Made by a program: the position numbers and the translations under genes
From: a virus
Lineage: Duplodnaviria > Caudoviricetes
Length of the DNA stretch: 29,087 nt
Direction: 5' to 3' (one strand)
IMG/VR virus record: IMGVR_UViG_3300006924_000113
Coordinates: 1 to 29,087 of that record
Part shown: positions 24,801-29,087 of the stretch, piece by piece
How positions within the stretch are numbered: the first letter of the stretch is position 1
How the letters are laid out: each line of letters starts with the position of its first letter
The notes under the pieces: model-generated
The model's database searches: none
Told to the model about the DNA's origin: nothing
Seen by the model: only the letters and a program-made list of their open reading frames with translations

Positions 24801-25733
24801 GGCTGCACCAGTTGCTGCACCAGTTGCTGCACCTGCTCCTGCCGCTGCTGCGGAGGCTGGATTAATCATAGACGAAAGTGAGTCAATAAGTAATTCTGGA
24901 GCTATTGAAAGATTCGATCCAAAGCCAAGAATAAAGCCAAGAACACCACCACCATTTTCATCATAAATTTTCTGAAAGCTTTTCATTTCATCAGAAACAG
25001 TTACGTTCTCTGATCTCTTAACAGCAGCTATGTATTCTTGTAAGTCTTGATCTGAAATATTTTTTCCTTTTGCAAACAAAGCAATAGAGTCATCTACTGA
25101 TTGACCTTTGGTGTATCCGTTACCAATAGCACGATACATATCTCCCCAAAAATCAGCACTAAGAACACCTAAAATTGGAACATCATCAAACGCCCAATCC
25201 ATTGCTTGACCAAGCCAGCTTTCTTCAAGCCAAGTCTCGTCTTCCTTGTCTTTTTTAGGCATTCCATCGTCACCTAAAATAACAATCTCGTCATCTACAA
25301 TTTCATATAATTTTTTTGCATTAGAAGTAGGATCTAATATACCAGGAAGCTCTTCCTGCTCAATGTTTGGTGTAACATTAATATTGGCTTCATCTACATC
25401 TGCTTGAGGTACTTCTACTTGAGGTACTTCTACTTGAGGAACATCAACTGTTGTTGGTGAAGAATCCGAAGATCCAGCTCCTTCCACTTGAGGAGTTTGT
25501 GTATTTGATTCCGTATTTTCCTCTGGAGAAATAATAGGAGTATCTCCAGTTTCTTCTTTTTTTTTTTGAAGCTCACCAAAGTAAGACAAATAACCTTCCA
25601 TTGTAGGAAATGCCTCTGGATCAATCTCATCGTACAAAACTTCTAATCCTTCTGAGTCAATTATACCCTGAAGCGTTTCTTTGTCATCTACAATACCCTC
25701 TAATAATCCTAATAAATCGTCTAATAATTCCAT
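18804..25733 (-). CDS. Giant putative internal virion (DNA ejection) protein, 2309 aa
   Basis: Last and largest of three size-increasing ORFs after the tail and GNAT genes, as in podovirus ejectosome order; acidic N-terminus, Gly/Ala-rich hydrophobic segment, helical C-terminal half. Confidence 0.75.
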   Translation of the reverse strand: MELLDDLLGLLEGIVDDKETLQGIIDSEGLEVLYDEIDPEAFPTMEGYLSYFGELQKKKEETGDTPIISPEENTESNTQTPQVEGAGSSDSSPTTVDVPQVEVPQVEVPQADVDEANINVTPNIEQEELPGILDPTSNAKKLYEIVDDEIVILGDDGMPKKDKEDETWLEESWLGQAMDWAFDDVPILGVLSADFWGDMYRAIGNGYTKGQSVDDSIALFAKGKNISDQDLQEYIAAVKRSENVTVSDEMKSFQKIYDENGGGVLGFILGFGSNLSIAPELLIDSLSSMINPASAAAAGAGAATGAATGAALTAVSGPGALFGTGAGAIGGAMGGASAALEFGMSYTEFMKEEVEAKGGKFDVEGIRMVLNDDQALQRIRNRAATRGLAIGMIDAMTAGVAGKAIGGTGKALAKGTAKRLAAGGKGTVTRAMVNKGIEISAGLGVEIAGGSLGEATARALAGQEMDVAEIGLEGFAGAGNAPISLARGIYTTPRYNLNGDLVTKDYMLATIGTATPDQIAGMNIEIKNDKKMQSVITDLKATSQFDADLQALGVPPGPQRDAIVKLELEKSKLPDARSEATRQRRNQIDQEINFLINESSTITETVEISRDGNTFTEVLSVSKAEARAKLKEEGIESATEGQISDMQKAMMEQLKNSDTQAEKAIIADQKIADDIKKEVEESITDQEVQDKINKDTYTDKEFDNAKQLLIKEKVDAIQESSTTQVDVQESSRDGEGVGEVNVQEEITEESPAKNEQESSEPTTQEEAEVVESTEVVEEESRPLKEKIKNIVDEIADGENGFSKKWFNPVLMKKAGITTDEDVKEYYIQSIENGEVINDLNKEFLNNEFKRLGIENKKKGVDSKPKSFETIPPSQRKGGTQRFKVPGSRTVDVEVDAEGKAYAVNRKTGRPLEKTPPKAQEFILKNVIDVNEGTPLQLDESTNLTPEQYISEIAENSNNIKEVAETIDLERKRSKELSKSEKQELADPLGISSLIGKITEQQFIDANDANNVTSNMRRYWFAKKQKNMFGKETGQDTDTRGLDDLVMELDGYTQERESDYIQQVVEFIIQNDTGKVKAQTGKSPGLVDLEIKFEKLTGLKPTKKNIDTVVSIDPNREPNTLTDTKNKEANRKAASEPGVFTKGKRGINPKRITQGKKKKSTLVIDANGLVTQIQLESKAAKESEASYKAAQQRVLDQIKDLQVRGVVRAKQALVMTRKVLRTNFSKEAQVKNLSKYVTDVMNSATINDQIARIQKKTKRKKGGVLYNIKKGKVGADNNALIDVLKILAKAEISSIPLDKLDSFEALVDIYGASKKTLNIQNVGADTKAALDIINSLDAEADTDVKVEKVKKEKESKEYNLDEAIVEIKDIKADTDLISNKDSKKIAEELNLITDEDIKELVNENEDGTFDYSMVESLRSVMQNLSQGIVTPEANNILLEVKSNKAAKIVTKPFSKITLSGIKRNFKNLSSSIKLAITSRSPSGKNIILDKVRSNVASYIDDAFGNLNSTVIFDNTFGLLAKTYEAFKVNTDQGFSKIESAEKVLEFDGKGIIRRTARFGNSANKIVAKKYKIRLLQLAREHILNLDKNGKPNKKAPSAKEMIDATIDFYKKPENKNVYKNDLKILEQLVEEFTVDGEISLDKLESSLTKGEKKALSIYDEVNNSLAEKGLFTSSVIRSNRIDLLNGYSHRVVLSNETSAAIDEKAVEFSKASTKSGTFEGRTNGPKPISFDPSLSAQRGLQETNIDYFMTSKIREVMKTVNKVSKNMKADGTDAQIQAADALKKSVEEVIKITYGETMRPVGVGEMFLNRIKRNAYQAILAGVPRMGIELASNLSFVMANPKAALLGFKKFSGLAYLGGKKGADILNNLGSSETTKQYNAKTFTSRFADMSNFAQSSPDSMRAKSGFMNVLGILGRLGPKQTISAIDQIAGAIISTPDRAMTRPMWYGTFALKFEAETGIKLSKKDFVEIGEGTSKYLSDEYSDAVKKSTAEADRMGVRISSSQNPFKGVIKNMRRNDPNQPMLLNTYRAVNKFMATFSLFEYGTVRNAVGALQRSGDMSKKQAVGIMTAATVRMTMYPLLLSLVSDGFDELFTDAEYEEDDSSIEDMITRQTIGTVLTLMTRRSMGNIPNLLPAFGIEKFNEYMLGEFREGEYDPFKHSITFSQFNEGDLKKKGLIETTIGLLAGPMGPIIKTLQRSTDLAVRSITNKTEESREKNKKELTNRMALELMGNLGLIPFYKDVRRVVMKEMFEDDVVKRRKTKKAKERKQYLDFLKDNDPKEYRYQLRQDKLKDSDKINSDVISGGDVIKQ
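25403..25447 (-). repeat. 15-bp in-frame tandem repeat (V[D/E]VPQ x3)
   Basis: CTTGAGGTACTTCTA x2 plus CTTGAGGAACATCAA on the + strand. Confidence 0.85.
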
Positions 25734-25745
25734 AAATATTTATTA

Positions 25746-27770
25746 TTACTGAGTCTTACGCCATACTTTATAGTCTTGAAAGTTTCCTCCTGGATTTGAT
25801 CGTTTCCATATTTTAAAACTCATAATAGTTTTGCTTTCTCTTTTCTTGTTAACTTTCTTAGTAGCTTCATTAATCGCGTCAACTACTTGGTTTGCAATAT
25901 TTGTTTTTGTTTCTCCACCACTAATTCTAATAGACGTCTCTTTACCAGCTATGTTTATTTTATAATACTCTTCACCACCAACTGTAACCACCTCTGTTGT
26001 TGGGCTACCATAACCTTGATTTGCAAGCTCTCTTTTAAGCTCACCACCCATGGCGTTAACTACCACATCATCTACAACCTTTGTGACTGTACTATCCCAT
26101 TGGAGATTTGTCGTGTCTCCAATTGCATCCTCTATTGTTTTTATAACTGTTTTACCAGAAGGCAGTACAGACGTGTTGGTTATTACATTAAGAGGAGGTT
26201 TTGATACTGATGTTTTTAATTCTCTACTTATACGAGGGTTTATTTTTATTTTTTGAGAATTAATTAAATCCCTAACTCTTCCTCTACTATAACCCTTACC
26301 TGGAGTTAATATGTCAATAGCTGTCATAATATCAGTCTCAGTATCAAGAATATCTAATGACTCATCTTCAGCTGTATTTGGATTGTCAGGTTTACCACTG
26401 TCACTTACTCTATCTATAATAAAATCATCTTGTCCTCCACCTCTTTTTATAACAATCATTGAATCAAAAATATCAAAAGATATAATTTTATCCTCTGGCT
26501 TTGTAACTTCAGCATTTCTGGAATCAATAAGCCTCTTAAGAATAGCTTTTGATGAAGCGGCATTTGGATTTGTAAACACATCATTTAATTCAGATATATA
26601 ACCTGCATCAGCTATATCTTGATTAGTACCTGTAACCGCAGCTGTATTTGGTTGTTGACCACTAAGACCTTTAGTCTTTTTAGTTGACTGACCAAACTGC
26701 GTAAGAATTTCATCTTTTATAAATTGCTTAGCAGCATCCTCTTGACCATCTATTAACGTAACGCTTGGAGGTTGAGTTGTATAATCAGCTTGAATCCATT
26801 TACTTAAATCCGTACCTCCTTTATTTACAAACTCTTGCTCTGTTTGAGCAATAATATATCTATCTGATCCTGCTGATCTGCCTACTAAAATATTAGCAAT
26901 AGACAATTCATCTCCCATAACAGTTTCTGATATGGTCTCAACAAGAGTGTTAAATCTTGTTTTACCATCTTTTCCCTTCAAAGCATCTTCCATCTCTCTT
27001 GCTCCTTCACGAGTGACAACAACATTACCACCATCAGTTACTGTGTATCCACTAATAGTGGATGTAATAAAAGCGCCTACATTTTTAACTTCATTTGCAA
27101 CAATAGTGCTTACATCGTATTTTGCTCCGTCATCTTCGTATAATAGTAAATTATTAAGATTATTAAAACTTTGATACGCATCTCTCTGTGTATCCCACTC
27201 AGGCATACTTCCGTCTTCATTTAAACGAACCAGGTATGAATTACCTGTCGGTGAAGTAAATGGAACTACATTGTCTAAATTGTTAAAAGCTAAAGTAGAT
27301 TCCTTTATAGCTGTCTCCATTCCAGAAGCTATAACCTTACCATTAGGGCCTAACTTCTGTCTTTCTTCAGATTTAATGAATTTTGTATTCCAATCTTTGG
27401 CAGCGATACCCCAGTTAGCCATATCGTCTTTAGCTGTTTGAAGAGTAGCCATAAAATCAGAAGGTTTTATTTTACCTTTCTTCATTAACTGAGACTGAAT
27501 TAAAAGAGTTTCTTTTAATCCCTTCGCAGCCAACAAAACTGTTTGACCTAAAGTCTGGTTTTGAAAAGAATCAGCTTTTTCTAACTGAGCAATTACATCG
27601 TCTGTATCTGACTGTATTTGTGCTTTCCTACCCTCTCTTTGAGTAGCTATAGCATTTACACCAGCTGTAATTTTCGCTGCTTCTTCAGCAAAGTTTAATT
27701 GAGATCCTTCACGACCTTGATAAACTTCATAATCCGATACCGACTCTTGTCTGCTAAATTCGTTTGCCAT
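25746..27770 (-). CDS. Putative internal virion protein (674 aa)
   Basis: Position between small and giant internal protein genes; no catalytic motif recognised. Confidence 0.7.
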   Translation of the reverse strand: MANEFSRQESVSDYEVYQGREGSQLNFAEEAAKITAGVNAIATQREGRKAQIQSDTDDVIAQLEKADSFQNQTLGQTVLLAAKGLKETLLIQSQLMKKGKIKPSDFMATLQTAKDDMANWGIAAKDWNTKFIKSEERQKLGPNGKVIASGMETAIKESTLAFNNLDNVVPFTSPTGNSYLVRLNEDGSMPEWDTQRDAYQSFNNLNNLLLYEDDGAKYDVSTIVANEVKNVGAFITSTISGYTVTDGGNVVVTREGAREMEDALKGKDGKTRFNTLVETISETVMGDELSIANILVGRSAGSDRYIIAQTEQEFVNKGGTDLSKWIQADYTTQPPSVTLIDGQEDAAKQFIKDEILTQFGQSTKKTKGLSGQQPNTAAVTGTNQDIADAGYISELNDVFTNPNAASSKAILKRLIDSRNAEVTKPEDKIISFDIFDSMIVIKRGGGQDDFIIDRVSDSGKPDNPNTAEDESLDILDTETDIMTAIDILTPGKGYSRGRVRDLINSQKIKINPRISRELKTSVSKPPLNVITNTSVLPSGKTVIKTIEDAIGDTTNLQWDSTVTKVVDDVVVNAMGGELKRELANQGYGSPTTEVVTVGGEEYYKINIAGKETSIRISGGETKTNIANQVVDAINEATKKVNKKRESKTIMSFKIWKRSNPGGNFQDYKVWRKTQ

Positions 27771-27783
27771 TATTTATTTTTTT

Positions 27784-28404
27784 TTATTGACCAGTAGCGT
27801 TAGCAGCGTTTAAACTATCTAAGAAATTTTGTTCAGCAGTAGTGAGATTTTTTGCTCCAAATAAAGGGGCTAATTGAGCCGCTTGACCAACTGTACTTAC
27901 TACTCCACTTATTCCTTCAGACATTGCTTTCGCAGAAGCTGCTGATGATTCTTTAGCAATCTTCTCTTGATCTTTTGCGTAACCTAAATCCATACGCTTT
28001 AAATCTTGATTAATAGCGTCTTTGGCATCTGCTTTCATTTTTGCATTTGCTTCTAAATCTTTCTGCAAACCTAAACGAGTAGCTTCGGCAGTGGCATCAG
28101 AAGCCTGTTGAAGTAAACCAACACCAGCGGCTAAATTACGAGGATCTCCTTCTTGAAGAGCTTGTATGTTTTGAGTTTGTGCTTGTAAATTATTTGCAAA
28201 AGCTCTATCATAAGCTTCGGTAGAAACATTTAAACCAGCATAAAAGTTTTTTTCTGCTTTTCTTTTAGCCTCCGCCATAGCTTTTTTTGAAGCTGCCGCG
28301 GCTTTTTCAGCCATCCTTCCTTGTTTTGCAGATTGACTAAAGGAGTTTATTGCCCCTCCTGCCGAAGCCGCTACCCCTACTACTGCTGCTGTTGTTACTG
28401 CCAT
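27784..28404 (-). CDS. Putative internal virion protein, T7 gp14-like position (206 aa)
   Basis: Hydrophobic Ala/Gly N-terminus followed by Ala/Gln-rich helices; directly after the GNAT-like gene. Confidence 0.7.
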   Translation of the reverse strand: MAVTTAAVVGVAASAGGAINSFSQSAKQGRMAEKAAAASKKAMAEAKRKAEKNFYAGLNVSTEAYDRAFANNLQAQTQNIQALQEGDPRNLAAGVGLLQQASDATAEATRLGLQKDLEANAKMKADAKDAINQDLKRMDLGYAKDQEKIAKESSAASAKAMSEGISGVVSTVGQAAQLAPLFGAKNLTTAEQNFLDSLNAANATGQ

Positions 28405-28405
28405 A

Positions 28406-28816
28406 TTATATTTTTTTAATCATTTCAATAGAATACGTAGAAGCTTCTTCATATCCTATTTTTTTATACACGTTAATTAAAGGTTTATTTTTAATTAAAG
28501 CATATACATATTTTTTATTTAGGTCTTCAGCTTGCTTGGTAATAGTTCCAACCAATAAAGCTAAAGCCTCTTTTCTTTTGCTCCTATCTTTGTAATGTAA
28601 ATTAGATATTATCCAATCACACCACACTGCTGTAGAGTTGGTTGTGTACATAAATCCTGCACATATAGGCGTATCCTGGTCGTATACTATATAACCTCCT
28701 GTACCATTTTCAGGAAGAAAGTCTCTTGATGGAGCTGTCCACCTCCAGTCCGCCCACCAATCTACAAGTATATTGTCATAGTCGCTTACTTCTAATGGTC
28801 GTATATTTAATTTCAT
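28406..28816 (-). CDS. GNAT acetyltransferase-like protein (T7 gp13-like position)
   Basis: 'LNIRPLEVSDY', 'ICAGFMY', 'LINVYKKIGY' GNAT-type pattern; located between tail and internal protein genes. Confidence 0.7.
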   Translation of the reverse strand: MKLNIRPLEVSDYDNILVDWWADWRWTAPSRDFLPENGTGGYIVYDQDTPICAGFMYTTNSTAVWCDWIISNLHYKDRSKRKEALALLVGTITKQAEDLNKKYVYALIKNKPLINVYKKIGYEEASTYSIEMIKKI

Positions 28817-28822
28817 TTACAA

Positions 28823-28830
28823 CAAAGATA
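28823..28830 (-). promoter_or_regulatory. Bacteroidota -7 box (TATCTTTG) immediately before the GNAT-like gene
   Basis: TAnnTTTG only 6 nt before the ATG at 28816, implying a nearly leaderless transcript if real. Confidence 0.5.
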
Positions 28831-28837
28831 GTAATTT

Positions 28838-29086
28838 TTATGGAAAACTTTTCATCACACTACTGCCTACTGAAAATAGTTCTACAGGATCTGTTGAGTC
28901 ATTTTCAAGTTTAAATTCCAAGTAGTATCCTCTTGCCCCATGAGACTCAGCTGTTGCGTTTTTTATAAACATAATAAACTGACCAACTGTTGGTGTAGAA
29001 CCGCCTGGCACTGTTGTGTCTACAGTAATGCTTGTACTTGTTTTAAATGTAACTTGACCTACAAAAATTGGATCTGTAGTAGCTAC
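28838..29086 (-). CDS. C-terminal part of a tail tubular/stabilisation protein (partial, not in the ORF track)
   Basis: Open frame from the window edge: ...FIMFIKNATAESHGARGYYLEFKLENDSTDPVELFSVGSSVMKSFP*; beta-rich C-terminus typical of podovirus tail nozzle proteins; gene order agrees. Confidence 0.65.
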   Translation of the reverse strand, partial: VATTDPIFVGQVTFKTSTSITVDTTVPGGSTPTVGQFIMFIKNATAESHGARGYYLEFKLENDSTDPVELFSVGSSVMKSFP

Positions 29087-29087
29087 A

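Noticed and set aside
18804-25733. Giant protein as a virion RNA polymerase (crAss- or N4-like)
   Set aside because: No DxDxD catalytic loop in the expected context and no T7-type polymerase motifs recognised
19408-27174. Plus-strand ORFs inside the virion genes (also 145..369, 2430..2762 and minus-strand ORFs in the early/replication region)
   Set aside because: Antisense shadows of long genes with Ser/Phe/Leu-biased translations

Overview
AT-rich fragment of a dsDNA phage genome, most likely a podovirus-type phage of a Bacteroidota (flavobacterial) host. Host assignment rests on TTG-N19/20-TAnnTTTG promoters and A/T-rich start contexts without Shine-Dalgarno motifs. Left: leftward genes including a phage groEL-groES pair. 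About 2.9-4.0 kb: a divergent, mostly non-coding control region with a GC-rich structured island, probably near the genome end or start. About 4.0-9.9 kb: tightly packed small early genes; the first few are separated by four copies of a 29-nt GAAA-tetraloop hairpin repeat showing compensatory base changes. About 9.9-18.6 kb: recombination and replication module (DUF3310, two DnaA C-terminal HTH proteins, Sak-like annealing protein, PD-(D/E)XK exonuclease, SSB-like protein, primase-helicase, SF2 helicase, VRR-NUC) with no recognisable DNA polymerase. About 18.6-29.1 kb: leftward virion module (three putative internal/ejection proteins including a 2309-aa giant, a GNAT-like protein, and a tail stabilisation protein fragment). 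The strongest unexplained signals are a frame-independent, region-restricted enrichment of CCWGG (with a nested CGCG cluster) in the early region, the hairpin repeat array, and two diverged copies of an origin-like intergenic element. All counts were made by eye and no database search was run.
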